A stretch of 39,586 nucleotides of DNA from positions 1-39,586 of the IMG/VR virus record IMGVR_UViG_3300011336_000276. The stretch is one strand, 5' to 3'. The notes beneath the pieces were generated by a model. It saw only the letters and a list, made by a program, of their open reading frames with translations, made no database searches and was not told where the DNA came from. A program made the position numbers and the translations under genes. The stretch comes from a virus. Its lineage: Duplodnaviria; Caudoviricetes. Below are positions 9,986 through 17,962 of the stretch, piece by piece. Every line of letters starts with the position of its first letter. The first letter of the stretch is position 1.

Positions 9986-10816
9986 TTATTCGTTTGCGAG
10001 CCACCAACGCGGCGGCTCAAGGTCTTGAATGCTCGACGGGTAACCAGTGCGGTCGCCCTCATTGACTTGCCACCAACGCTCCACGAGAGCGTCGATCTTC
10101 TGATCCGCGATATCCATCGCTACGGGTGGGATGCGGTAAATCACGGTGAGGTACGGCGCTTTCTTTTCCACTGCGATGATGAGGAATTCATCGACTACGC
10201 TGACCTGCTGCTCCGCCAGCCGCCTGTAGAACGCGGCCTGATGGAAGTAGCCGAACTTTGCAGCACTAGCAGCGAAGTCCTTCGGAGCCGCCGATTCAGT
10301 GGTCTTGATGTCCACGATCAAGCATGAATGGCGTTTGGTCGCGATGCCATCGACTTTGGCTTTGGCGGGGCGGCCAGCGATTTCTCCGATGATAGTGATC
10401 TCGCGATGCGCCAGTGATGCGAGCAGCGTGGACGCATTGACATGGTCGCGCACTGAGGCCGCCATCGCCTCGCCCTGCTCCACGAGATCAGCAGTGATGA
10501 TCCGCGCGCCCGACAGTTCGGCTCGGCGCTGGGCTGCTGCCCACAGGTCTTTCCCTGCGATGGTCCGCCTGTCGATCTTCCCCAGTTTGATGAAGTCGTT
10601 TTCAATCGTCGCTGGAGGCGCGAGCAGCAGCGCGTGAAGGTACGCGCCGAGAGTGAATGCATCGTTCTCCTCGCGAGTCTGCTCACGCTCGTGCGCAAGG
10701 TGCGCGTTGGTTCCGTTGATCAGCGCCTTAGTGGTGCTGCTGCTCGGAAGGTCGATGTCGAAGTACACAGCGTCCTCGAATTTCATCAGGCCAGCGGGTA
10801 GGTGTGGTATACTCAT
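9986..10816 (-). CDS. PD-(D/E)xK exonuclease VIII (RecE/DUF3799-like)
   Basis: SSSTTK..AFTLGAYLHALLL..DRRT..AKAKVDG..IVDIKTT..FGYFHQAAFY..IAVEKKAPY; ATG 10816 after AAAGGAAC. Confidence 0.85.
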   Translation of the reverse strand: MSIPHLPAGLMKFEDAVYFDIDLPSSSTTKALINGTNAHLAHEREQTREENDAFTLGAYLHALLLAPPATIENDFIKLGKIDRRTIAGKDLWAAAQRRAELSGARIITADLVEQGEAMAASVRDHVNASTLLASLAHREITIIGEIAGRPAKAKVDGIATKRHSCLIVDIKTTESAAPKDFAASAAKFGYFHQAAFYRRLAEQQVSVVDEFLIIAVEKKAPYLTVIYRIPPVAMDIADQKIDALVERWWQVNEGDRTGYPSSIQDLEPPRWWLANE

Positions 10817-10871
10817 CTCGTCAGTTCCTTTCTTCCCTCGGCCCAACGAAAGTCGGGACGGGGGGATTTTT

Positions 10872-11117
10872 TTAGGCTTCGGTTTCGGTCTTGCGATGAA
10901 CTTGGATGGGCTTGGGATCGTTCTCGCGCTCGGCGATGAAGTCCCGAACGCTCGGGTTGTGTTTGCAGTAGAAGTCGATGAGGACATCGATGGTCGCGGT
11001 TCGACTGCGGCGGCCTGCGAGACATAGCGCGTCGAGTCGCCATTTCGTGCGCCCTCCTACGCACACGGTTTCGTGCATACGAGGCTTGGTCCGCATCTGC
11101 GGAGATTGATCTTCCAT
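10872..11117 (-). CDS. Putative ribbon-helix-helix regulator
   Basis: TVCVGGRTKWRLDALCLAGRRSRTATIDVLIDFY fits beta-alpha-alpha RHH spacing; AGGAG RBS. Confidence 0.6.
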   Translation of the reverse strand: MEDQSPQMRTKPRMHETVCVGGRTKWRLDALCLAGRRSRTATIDVLIDFYCKHNPSVRDFIAERENDPKPIQVHRKTETEA

Positions 11118-11133
11118 GTGACTCCTAGGGGGG

Positions 11134-11185
11134 AAAAGAAATCAACCTAGGCAGGAGGTCGGGTGCTACCCCCTGCCTAGGTCGA
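11134..11185 (-). terminator. Rho-independent terminator after DUF932
   Basis: Minus strand TCGACCTAGGCAGG...CCTGCCTAGGTTGA followed by TTTCTTTT. Confidence 0.8.
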
Positions 11186-11193
11186 AGGTTGAA

Positions 11194-12189
11194 TCAGACG
11201 AGGGCGAGCGCCTTGGTCATCACGGTGCGCTTCGCGACACCGTATGAGCCGAAGAGATCCGCGTTGGTGCGCGCATCGCCCTTCAGGTATCCACGCTCGA
11301 ACTGGATGTAGTTCGTCGCGGCGTTGGCGGCGACCCACGCGGTCCCACCGAACTGGCTGGCCTCGCGGTCGAAGACGCGCGACATATCGGAGAGCGCCTC
11401 GATGGCCTTCTGCTTACGGCGCGCCTCGGTGTCGGTCTTCGGGCTGACGGCGATGGGGCCGTCGAGCGCGACCAGCACATCGATCCACAGTTCCTGAATC
11501 TGCGCGCGGGTCATGCTACGCGCTGCGAGAGCGTTCATCGCCTCGGCCTCGGCCTTCGCGGCCTTGCCGTAGGTCGAGAGCGCGGCCTTGATGTCATCGA
11601 CGCGCATCGCAAGGCCGCTCGTGTGTCGCCACTTGTACGCGCCGCTGGACGCAGATCCGAGCGCGCCTGTCAGCGTGTTGTTGCACACGACTCGGACGCT
11701 GGTCGGCAGACAGGTCGCCGACATCGTTCCATCGTGGGCGTTGGCGAGCAGGATGTACTGCTCGACAGTGTCGCCAGTGTTGCCGATGTCGAGCGTGTTG
11801 GTGTGCAGCAGGAAGAACACCTTGCGGCCACCGAACAGGCTGCCAGCAGTCTCGACGCGCGCCTTGCCCTCGGCTCCGAGGCTGGTCGCGATCTCGGCGA
11901 GCGTTGCATTCTGAAGGACGCTGTAGTCTGCGCCGACAGTCGAGAGAATCGACTGATCGTCAGAACGGCGCAGGGTCTTGTGTGTGTCGATGATGTTGCG
12001 CTCGGCGTTGCCGTCAGCGGAGACGAAGCAGGCGGTGAGCGAGGTGCTTTCCTCCACCGTCCAGCCGAGGCGACCGATGGTGAGCGCCTCGGACGGGGTG
12101 ACGGTGTCGGGGAGGATCTGCCCGAGGCCGTGCCATGCGGAGGTCTTGGCGAGGACGAGCGAGTCGTTGGAGCGGATTTCGTGAGCCAT
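11194..12189 (-). CDS. DUF932-domain protein (phage/plasmid LGT-type)
   Basis: MAHEI..AWHGLG..YSVLQN..ETAGSLFGGRKVF..YILLANAHDGT..TSVRVVCNNTL..RHT..GTAWVAANAATNY. Confidence 0.9.
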   Translation of the reverse strand: MAHEIRSNDSLVLAKTSAWHGLGQILPDTVTPSEALTIGRLGWTVEESTSLTACFVSADGNAERNIIDTHKTLRRSDDQSILSTVGADYSVLQNATLAEIATSLGAEGKARVETAGSLFGGRKVFFLLHTNTLDIGNTGDTVEQYILLANAHDGTMSATCLPTSVRVVCNNTLTGALGSASSGAYKWRHTSGLAMRVDDIKAALSTYGKAAKAEAEAMNALAARSMTRAQIQELWIDVLVALDGPIAVSPKTDTEARRKQKAIEALSDMSRVFDREASQFGGTAWVAANAATNYIQFERGYLKGDARTNADLFGSYGVAKRTVMTKALALV

Positions 12190-12262
12190 TGTGTTCAGTG
12201 TCCTTTCGAGACAGTGGGGAGAGGGTGTCGGCTTCGGCAAGGTGCTTCGGCTCGACAAGGGG

Positions 12263-12290
12263 ACTATAGCATCAGAATTGTGCTATGCAA
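12263..12290 (-). promoter_or_regulatory. Early promoter P4, TTGCAT-N16-TATAGT, with operator-like site in the spacer
   Basis: -35 at 12285-12290, -10 at 12263-12268; CATCAGAATTGTGCTA at 12270-12285; downstream CCCCTTGTC shared with P2. Confidence 0.8.
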
Positions 12291-12306
12291 GAAGATTGTT
12301 CGGAAT

Positions 12307-12405
12307 TCAGAGAATCGCAGTTATCGCCCATGTGACCGAGGCCAGTGCGATCATGGTGAGCAGGCCGCAGACGAGGTCGAGGTTGGTTGGTTCGGTGCGT
12401 TTCAT
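12307..12405 (-). CDS. Hydrophobic micro-protein (32 aa), not in ORF track
   Basis: MKRTEPTNLDLVCGLLTMIALASVTWAITAIL; GAAAGGAAC RBS; ATGA overlap. Confidence 0.65.
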   Translation of the reverse strand: MKRTEPTNLDLVCGLLTMIALASVTWAITAIL

Positions 12406-12635
12406 GCCAGTTCCTTTCCGCAGGTTCCGCAGCATTGCGGGGTGTTGTAGTCGAGGTTGAAGACGGCCCCCACTGGGTTGCCCTCGCGGTCATCCATGTA
12501 GGTGGGCAGGCCGTTCCAGTCCGTGATGGGGCGACCTGTGAGGGTCAGGGTGTTGGCCGCGTAGGCGGCCTTGGTGCAGTCGATGCAGTGGATATCTGCC
12601 TCGTATGCGTAGGCTTTGACTGTGGTCGCGCTCAT
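12402..12635 (-). CDS. Small putative zinc-binding protein (77 aa)
   Basis: HCIDC...CCGTC; GGAGG RBS; ATGA overlap. Confidence 0.75.
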   Translation of the reverse strand: MSATTVKAYAYEADIHCIDCTKAAYAANTLTLTGRPITDWNGLPTYMDDREGNPVGAVFNLDYNTPQCCGTCGKELA

Positions 12636-13018
12636 GCTTCACCTCCGTTCGTGATCCGAATGCATACCCGCCATGTCATGGCGCTCTCGCAGTCGCATTC
12701 GGGATCCCAGCCCCATGCGTCAAGCGAACCATCGTTATTGGAGGTGTAGTCTGAAAGTTCGCCGCGCTGATCAGCGTACTGATCGATTGCCAACAGCGCG
12801 GTTTCGACGCTGCTAGCGGAGCATGACGCGATGTCGTTGTCGCTTAGTGTGCGGGTGATCGCACGCCCGATCTCGTCGATCTCGTTGATGCGGCTGCGCA
12901 TCGCGTCGATCTCAGCAAGGTCGATTGCGTTGAGAAGCGTGCGGGTGTTGAGCAGACCGACAAGGCGAGTCTCAAACTCGCGGGGGTCGGTCGTGTCACG
13001 GAGTGATTGCATACTCAT
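12632..13018 (-). CDS. Hypothetical early protein (128 aa)
   Basis: ATG 13018 follows the TCTCGAAAGGAAC leader and promoter P3. Confidence 0.75.
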   Translation of the reverse strand: MSMQSLRDTTDPREFETRLVGLLNTRTLLNAIDLAEIDAMRSRINEIDEIGRAITRTLSDNDIASCSASSVETALLAIDQYADQRGELSDYTSNNDGSLDAWGWDPECDCESAMTWRVCIRITNGGEA

Positions 13019-13057
13019 GGTCGTGTTCCTTTCGAGAGGTTGTTTGAGGACAGATAC

Positions 13058-13098
13058 AGTATCGGCTGGATTCGATGATGTGCAACACAATTGTGTTG
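13058..13098 (-). promoter_or_regulatory. Early promoter P3, TTGCAC-N16-GATACT, with perfect 16-bp palindromic operator
   Basis: -35 at 13080-13085, -10 at 13058-13063; CAACACAATTGTGTTG at 13083-13098 overlaps the -35. Confidence 0.8.
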
Positions 13099-13109
13099 AG
13101 ATTGTCGAA

Positions 13110-13149
13110 GTTCTTGTTATGGGGCGGTCGCATCGCCCCATGCCAAGAA
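13110..13149 (-). terminator. Hairpin after the 299-aa gene (terminator or processing site)
   Basis: ATGGGGCG-N7-CGCCCCAT extended by TTCTTG/CAAGAA; no clear U-tract on the minus strand. Confidence 0.45.
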
Positions 13150-13156
13150 AGGAACT

Positions 13157-14056
13157 TCAGGAGTCGCGAGCCTCCATCAGCGCGCCCGATGCCAGTTCGG
13201 CGATCTTCGCGTTGATGAGGTCGCGCAGTTGGTGGACGAGGATGGCGCGCGCCATCCTGAACTGCGCAGGGGTGAGCGGGGTCTGACACTGCGTGAGGTC
13301 ATCACGCATCAGCGTCCTCTTGATCTCGTGTTCCGTGACGCTGACTTCGACCGAGGCGCGCGCCTCCTCGGGGGTAACGCCGTTGGAGCGGCAGCATCCG
13401 CACAGGGTGATGCCTGAGGACGAGTAGAGCGCGGGGTCAGGCTCGCCGCAGGCATCACACACACCATCAGCCTCGGGCGGATCGTTCTCGTAGCCCTCGC
13501 CCTCGGCCAATTCCATTCGGCGCAGGTCTTCCAGTCGGCGCAGGTCTTCCGCGTGTTGCACCTCGTCCGCATCGTCGCCAGCGGTTTCGTAGTCGAAGCC
13601 GTCGATGTTGGGGTTCCAGTCGAGGTCCAGCGAAACGCCGTCCTTGTCGGTCAAACGCACGGACAGGAAACAAGAGGCGTTTGGTCGCACTGTGCATTTG
13701 CAGGCGTAGCCGTTATCCTGCACGGACGAGCGCAGCATTGCGGCCATCTGCAAGATGTCATCTGACTCTGCGTCAATTTCAGACCAAATATCATTGGTTT
13801 CTTGGCAAGCGTCCAGTCGAAGGGATGCGGTGTCGAGGAGCCGCCAAGCCTTGTAGGCGGGGCCGACATCCTCGACTCGCGAGTCAGGCCATCCGATGGC
13901 GGTGGCGCTCTCGGTGCGAGCCTCGTCGAAGGAGTCGAAGCGCTTGGCCTCGGACTTGATGCGGCTCACGCTGCGGAACCCGTTGGCGGTCCCGACGAGG
14001 TAGATGCCATGCGCGGGGGAGAGGGTGACGATGAACTGGCTTGCGTTCGCGGACAT
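13157..14056 (-). CDS. Hypothetical early protein (299 aa) with CxxC...CxCC zinc-finger-like segment
   Basis: Long ORF after P2 and the leader motif; CDAC..LCGCC. Confidence 0.75.
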   Translation of the reverse strand: MSANASQFIVTLSPAHGIYLVGTANGFRSVSRIKSEAKRFDSFDEARTESATAIGWPDSRVEDVGPAYKAWRLLDTASLRLDACQETNDIWSEIDAESDDILQMAAMLRSSVQDNGYACKCTVRPNASCFLSVRLTDKDGVSLDLDWNPNIDGFDYETAGDDADEVQHAEDLRRLEDLRRMELAEGEGYENDPPEADGVCDACGEPDPALYSSSGITLCGCCRSNGVTPEEARASVEVSVTEHEIKRTLMRDDLTQCQTPLTPAQFRMARAILVHQLRDLINAKIAELASGALMEARDS

Positions 14057-14095
14057 GGTGGTAGTTCCTTTCGAGAACAGGTGTCTGACAAGGGG

Positions 14096-14136
14096 ACTAT
14101 AGCGCTGGTCTTAGGTGATGCAACACAATTGTGCTA
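14096..14136 (-). promoter_or_regulatory. Early promoter P2, TTGCAT-N16-TATAGT, with operator
   Basis: -35 at 14118-14123, -10 at 14096-14101; CAACACAATTGTGCTA at 14121-14136. Confidence 0.8.
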
Positions 14137-14153
14137 CGAATGTGAGATTTAGT

Positions 14154-14519
14154 TCAGCGTCCTGTAACCGCGTTGATGGCGGCCAGTTCCATTTCGTATT
14201 GGACCTGCGTCAGAAGGGCGCGGCCTCGGCGGAGCAGGCTGATCATGTCCATGCAATCCTCGGGCGACTCGATGCGCGACTCGTTCGAGCAGTAGGAGAG
14301 AGTGGGAAGACGGCCATCCAGCCATGCGGTCCACTCGCAGGAGTCAACCTCCTCGACGATCACTAGCAGGGACATGCCCTGCCAGTAGGCGGACAGGGTT
14401 GCTCGCTTGAGGCCGTGACGGTCCTCGGTCCACTTGATGTTGCCGTGATCAGGTTCGGCGTTGTTGAGAGCGATCTTGATGGCTTCGGCGATGACGGTTT
14501 CGGTGGCCTTGACGAGCAT
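14154..14519 (-). CDS. Hypothetical early protein (121 aa)
   Basis: ATG 14519 follows GTTCTCGAAAGGAAC. Confidence 0.75.
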   Translation of the reverse strand: MLVKATETVIAEAIKIALNNAEPDHGNIKWTEDRHGLKRATLSAYWQGMSLLVIVEEVDSCEWTAWLDGRLPTLSYCSNESRIESPEDCMDMISLLRRGRALLTQVQYEMELAAINAVTGR

Positions 14520-14563
14520 GGTGTGTTCCTTTCGAGAACGGGGAGAGAGAGAACGGTCGGGAT

Positions 14564-14591
14564 CAGCCCTCCCCCCGAAGGGGGAGGGTTG
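14564..14591 (-). other. Very stable intergenic hairpin with C(UUCG)G tetraloop
   Basis: Minus strand CAACCCTCCCCC-TTCG-GGGGGAGGGCTG; no U-tract, so perhaps a stabiliser or processing site. Confidence 0.6.
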
Positions 14592-14602
14592 GATGCGGAT
14601 CG

Positions 14603-14992
14603 TCACTTGATGAGGTGGATGATCGGTCCGAAGCAAGCCTCGCTCGCCTTGCTCTGCTTGCTGGGCTTGGTCAGCGCGGCGTTGGCCTTGGCGAGCGCTG
14701 CGGTGACTTCCCAATGCAGTTGTCTGACCATCGGACCAGCGCTGTAGTTCGTCAGGCAGTCGATTGCGGCCAACTTAGCCAACTGGCGCTCAGCGCAGAG
14801 TCTCGCATCCGTCTTGGTGACACCCTTGATCTTGGACCCGAATTCAGACAGCGAGACGGTTTCGCATTGGATGTGGCAGACGAGGGTGTTGAGCGCTGCG
14901 GTGATGCAGTTCTCGCGGAGTGAGCAATCGGTGGTGACGATGTCGTAGGCGGCGTTCGAGTACGAGAGGGTGATGGTGTTGAAGATTGGCAT
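14603..14992 (-). CDS. Hypothetical early protein (129 aa)
   Basis: ATG 14992 follows GTTCTCGAAAGGAAC. Confidence 0.75.
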   Translation of the reverse strand: MPIFNTITLSYSNAAYDIVTTDCSLRENCITAALNTLVCHIQCETVSLSEFGSKIKGVTKTDARLCAERQLAKLAAIDCLTNYSAGPMVRQLHWEVTAALAKANAALTKPSKQSKASEACFGPIIHLIK

Positions 14993-15014
14993 GGTGGGTT
15001 CCTTTCGAGAACGA

Positions 15015-15164
15015 TCAGGCTTTGAGTGTGGGGTTGGCGAGGAGGGCTTTGGCGGCGATCATGGCGTTGTAGGTTCCGTAGTTGACGATCCTGTACCCGC
15101 TGCGGACGGTGTCACCCTTGCAGATGATCAGGTTGTTGTGGCTGTCAGACTGGAGGGTGTACAT
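15015..15164 (-). CDS. First early gene, 49-aa hypothetical, not in ORF track
   Basis: MYTLQSDSHNNLIICKGDTVRSGYRIVNYGTYNAMIAAKALLANPTLKA; preceded by the leader motif and P1. Confidence 0.75.
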   Translation of the reverse strand: MYTLQSDSHNNLIICKGDTVRSGYRIVNYGTYNAMIAAKALLANPTLKA

Positions 15165-15214
15165 GGGGGAGTTCCTTTCGAGAACTGGTTGGCTTGCTTG
15201 CTCTTGACAACATC

Positions 15215-15242
15215 ACTCTACAGCAGATTTGTGGTGATGCAA
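15215..15242 (-). promoter_or_regulatory. Early promoter P1, TTGCAT-N16-TAGAGT; spacer is a degenerate operator
   Basis: -35 at 15237-15242, -10 at 15215-15220; spacer CAGCAGATTTGTGGTG. Confidence 0.72.
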
Positions 15243-15321
15243 ACCCTTCATCGGGTTTTTCGCGAACTTTGCTTTAACGATTGTTCCAACTTGCTTGCAA
15301 GTGCCGTAGGATGCAGGGCAT

Positions 15322-15771
15322 ATGGCCAAGCAACTTTCCGCAACAATCTTGTTCGATTCCATCCCAACCAGCGTCGAACGGCCTGAAATGGCTGATAAGC
15401 GAGCAAGGCAGATGGCGATATGGCTTGAAGAGGTGGGGCCGCACGGTTGGCGAGCAGCGGCAGAGGCGGCTGGCATCGGCGATGCGCAGGTCCACAGGTG
15501 GATGCGGCTGTACCCTGAGTTCGCGGAGGCGCATCGGCTGACGATGGCGGCAACGGCGCTGCGGCTGGAGGCCATCGTCGATTCCATCGCAACGGGGGAG
15601 ATCGACGCGACCCCAGCACAGGTGACGCTGCTCCAGTTCCGCTTGAAGGGTCTCAAGCCCGATGTCTACCGTGAGCGTTCGTCGGTGCAAGTGGATCAGC
15701 GCACGACCTTGTCCACGGCGGCAGGCGAGGGCGGCAGGGCGCGGCTCCTGCTCGCCGAGTGGCAGGCGTGA
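15322..15771 (+). CDS. terS: Terminase small subunit
   Basis: HTH (RAAAEAAGIGDAQVHRW..PEFAEA) plus TLLQFRLKGLKPDVYRER; immediately upstream of terL. Confidence 0.8.
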   Translation: MAKQLSATILFDSIPTSVERPEMADKRARQMAIWLEEVGPHGWRAAAEAAGIGDAQVHRWMRLYPEFAEAHRLTMAATALRLEAIVDSIATGEIDATPAQVTLLQFRLKGLKPDVYRERSSVQVDQRTTLSTAAGEGGRARLLLAEWQA

Positions 15772-15906
15772 CGGTGGTGGTGACAGCGGGGGGTGGCTCG
15801 ACCCCGCCCCTCCGCCGCCCACCCCCCCGCGAGCGCGCGCGCCCAGTACCTAGTATCAAACACTACCCTCCCTTCTCCCAGTACTGGCACATAATTAACT
15901 ACATCC

Positions 15907-17631
15907 ATGTCCGACAATACACGGCATCTTCGGGATAAGTTCCTTACCGCTACTGCAACAGATGAGTCTGCGCAGGCGGACTTTCGGTCTGCGTTTGCGG
16001 AGGACATATGTTTGTGGCTTCGTTTGACGGGGTGGACTTACGCGCCGAAGGAGGTGGAGGCTGTTTCGGGTCGTGAGTTGCCTACAGCGAAGCCGAACAG
16101 GCCATTTGTGTTGTGGCCTTGTCAGGAGAGGGCGGTTCTGGAGGTACTGGCAGGGGTAACGGATGGACGAGATGTGGTTGTGCGTAAGAGTCGCGACATG
16201 GGTGCATCTTGGTTGATGGCGGCTGTATCGGTGTGGGGTTGGCAGTTCCACGGCTGGCAGACATTGATTGTGAGTCGTGTTGAGGACGGTGTTGACCGGC
16301 CCGGCGACCCTGACAGTTTGATGTGGAAGATTGACTACCTGCTGCAAAGCCAGCCATCTTGGTTGTTGCCATTGGTTGCGGACGAGTTGTTGCGGCGTGG
16401 CTCGGATACGAGGCAGCACATGATGCTTCGAAACCCTGTTTCTGGGGCGACGATTGCGGGTCAGGCGAGTACTGCCCATGTTGGTAGGGGTGGTCGCAGA
16501 ACGATGATTTTGTTTGACGAGTTTGCGTCGATGGGTGATGCGGAGGCTGCTTGGCGGTCTGCTGCGGACGCAACTGCTTGTCGAATTGCTGTGAGTACCC
16601 CCCTTGGTAGTGGAACCCAGTACTCGACATTGGTGCGGATGGCTCGAACTCAGGGCGATCCGAGGCTGGTGGAATTGCTGTACACGGATCACCCGTTGAA
16701 GGGCGCTCATGCGGAGAAGCGGACGGATGTGGATGGGCGGGTTACGGGGGTTGCGGGGTCGGATTACATGTGGACCCCGTGGCTTGGCGAGCAGATGAAG
16801 CGCCGTGACACGGTTGACATGGCGCAAAATGTGTTCGCAACGGAGGTTGGAAGCGGATCGAACTTCTTTACTCCATCTGTGGTAACTGCCCACATGAATG
16901 AGTACGCCGTTCCCGGCGAGCGGTGTGAGTTGCTCCGTGGCAGGTTCGTTGCTGACCCGAATGGACGCTGGCGGGTGTTCCGACATGGCGATGTGGAGCG
17001 TGAATATGTCCTGTTTGCGGACCCGTCTTACGGTACTGGCAGTGCCAACTCGGCTATCTGCGTGATGGACGCGGACAATCGGGAGGTGGTTGCTGAGTTT
17101 GCTGACCCGAATGTGCCTCCCCATGACCTGTCTCAGGAGATGGTGGAAGTGGCCATGACGGTGTACAAGGGACGGCGTTTGCCGATCATTGGCTGGGAGG
17201 TCAACGGCCCCGGCGCGGCCATGCACCATGACTTCCAGCGGATTGGGTACTCGGCGGTCTACCGCCAGCGGATGGTTGGCACTACCACTGAACGGCTCAC
17301 GGTGCGCATTGGTTGGAACAGCAGCCGCAGGGCCAAGCGGACTTTGCTGGGCAACTTGTCCCGAGAGATAAGTCAGGGGAATATTCGCATTCCCAGTGAG
17401 GAAACATTGAGGGAAATGCTTGATTATGTTATACTTGCGGACGGGTCAATCGAAGCGGCATCCGTTCGAGACCTAGCATCTGGCGCTCGCGAGTCTCACG
17501 GTGACAGAGTTATCGCCTGTGCGGGAGCATTGATGCTGTGCGATCAGGGCGTAAGTTCTCAGAACATTGATACAGCGCTGCCAAGCGATTCGCTTGGAGT
17601 GATCTTAAACCACCAAGAGGTATTCAAATGA
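15907..17631 (+). CDS. terL: Terminase large subunit
   Basis: Walker A VVVRKSRDMGASW, Walker B ILFDEFA, motif III VSTP, RNase H-like LFADPSYG..EVNGPG..HGDRVIA. Confidence 0.95.
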   Translation: MSDNTRHLRDKFLTATATDESAQADFRSAFAEDICLWLRLTGWTYAPKEVEAVSGRELPTAKPNRPFVLWPCQERAVLEVLAGVTDGRDVVVRKSRDMGASWLMAAVSVWGWQFHGWQTLIVSRVEDGVDRPGDPDSLMWKIDYLLQSQPSWLLPLVADELLRRGSDTRQHMMLRNPVSGATIAGQASTAHVGRGGRRTMILFDEFASMGDAEAAWRSAADATACRIAVSTPLGSGTQYSTLVRMARTQGDPRLVELLYTDHPLKGAHAEKRTDVDGRVTGVAGSDYMWTPWLGEQMKRRDTVDMAQNVFATEVGSGSNFFTPSVVTAHMNEYAVPGERCELLRGRFVADPNGRWRVFRHGDVEREYVLFADPSYGTGSANSAICVMDADNREVVAEFADPNVPPHDLSQEMVEVAMTVYKGRRLPIIGWEVNGPGAAMHHDFQRIGYSAVYRQRMVGTTTERLTVRIGWNSSRRAKRTLLGNLSREISQGNIRIPSEETLREMLDYVILADGSIEAASVRDLASGARESHGDRVIACAGALMLCDQGVSSQNIDTALPSDSLGVILNHQEVFK

Positions 17632-17795
17632 GTTACGGAGCAGGCTACCCAAATTCGATGCGACACAAGGCCGAGCGCGGAACCAAGGTTGTTGGCATGA
17701 AGGCTGGCGGCAAGAAGCGCAATGGCATGGATGGCGGCAAGGACGGCGCAAAGGGTGGTCCTGCTCGTCCGCAGGCTAAGAAGGGCAAGAAGTAA
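17628..17795 (+). CDS. Small Lys/Gly-rich protein (55 aa), not in ORF track
   Basis: MSYGAGYPNSMRHK...PQAKKGKK; ATGA overlap with the terL stop. Confidence 0.75.
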   Translation: MSYGAGYPNSMRHKAERGTKVVGMKAGGKKRNGMDGGKDGAKGGPARPQAKKGKK

Positions 17796-17962
17796 TGGCT
17801 GCAAAGAAATCTGCATCCAAGTCTTCAAAGCCTTCAAAGAGCCACCCGTGGCGATCTGAACTCAAGAAGCATGGACCGAAGCATGAGAAGGCCGAGGGCA
17901 AGTTCGAGATGATCGAACGCAAGGCCAAGGGCTACTCCTCTAAGCGCGAAACCTACAAGTAA
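17795..17962 (+). CDS. Small Lys-rich protein (55 aa), not in ORF track
   Basis: MAAKKSASKSSKPSKSHPW...KRETYK; TAATG coupling. Confidence 0.75.
   Translation: MAAKKSASKSSKPSKSHPWRSELKKHGPKHEKAEGKFEMIERKAKGYSSKRETYK

Larger units (their letters stand above)
12199..15186 (-). repeat. Dispersed leader/RBS motif TCTCGAAAGGA, six copies
   Basis: Copies at 12199-12213, 13025-13039, 14064-14078, 14525-14539, 14998-15012 and 15171-15185, each just upstream of an ATG; four are identical GTTCTCGAAAGGAAC. Confidence 0.9.

Noticed and set aside
9366-12450. Plus-strand ORFs of 220 and 275 aa
   Set aside because: Antisense to the RecT-like and DUF932 genes; a product of GC-rich codon bias
13517-13550. 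18-bp tandem duplication TCGGCGCAGGTCTTCC(AG)
   Set aside because: Only two copies, in frame (EDLRRL EDLRRM); an ordinary local coding duplication
12199-15186. CRISPR-like or attC-like array from the GTTCCTTTCGAGAAC repeats
   Set aside because: Repeats are only 11-15 bp, irregularly spaced by whole genes and always at RBS positions; no cas or integrase genes present
15204-15232. Rightward promoter from TTGACA at 15204-15209
   Set aside because: No -10 box at 16-18 nt; the hexamer is the reverse complement of the YTGTC element conserved downstream of the leftward promoters
15895-17229. 444-aa minus-strand ORF
   Set aside because: Antisense shadow of terL with no RBS or motifs
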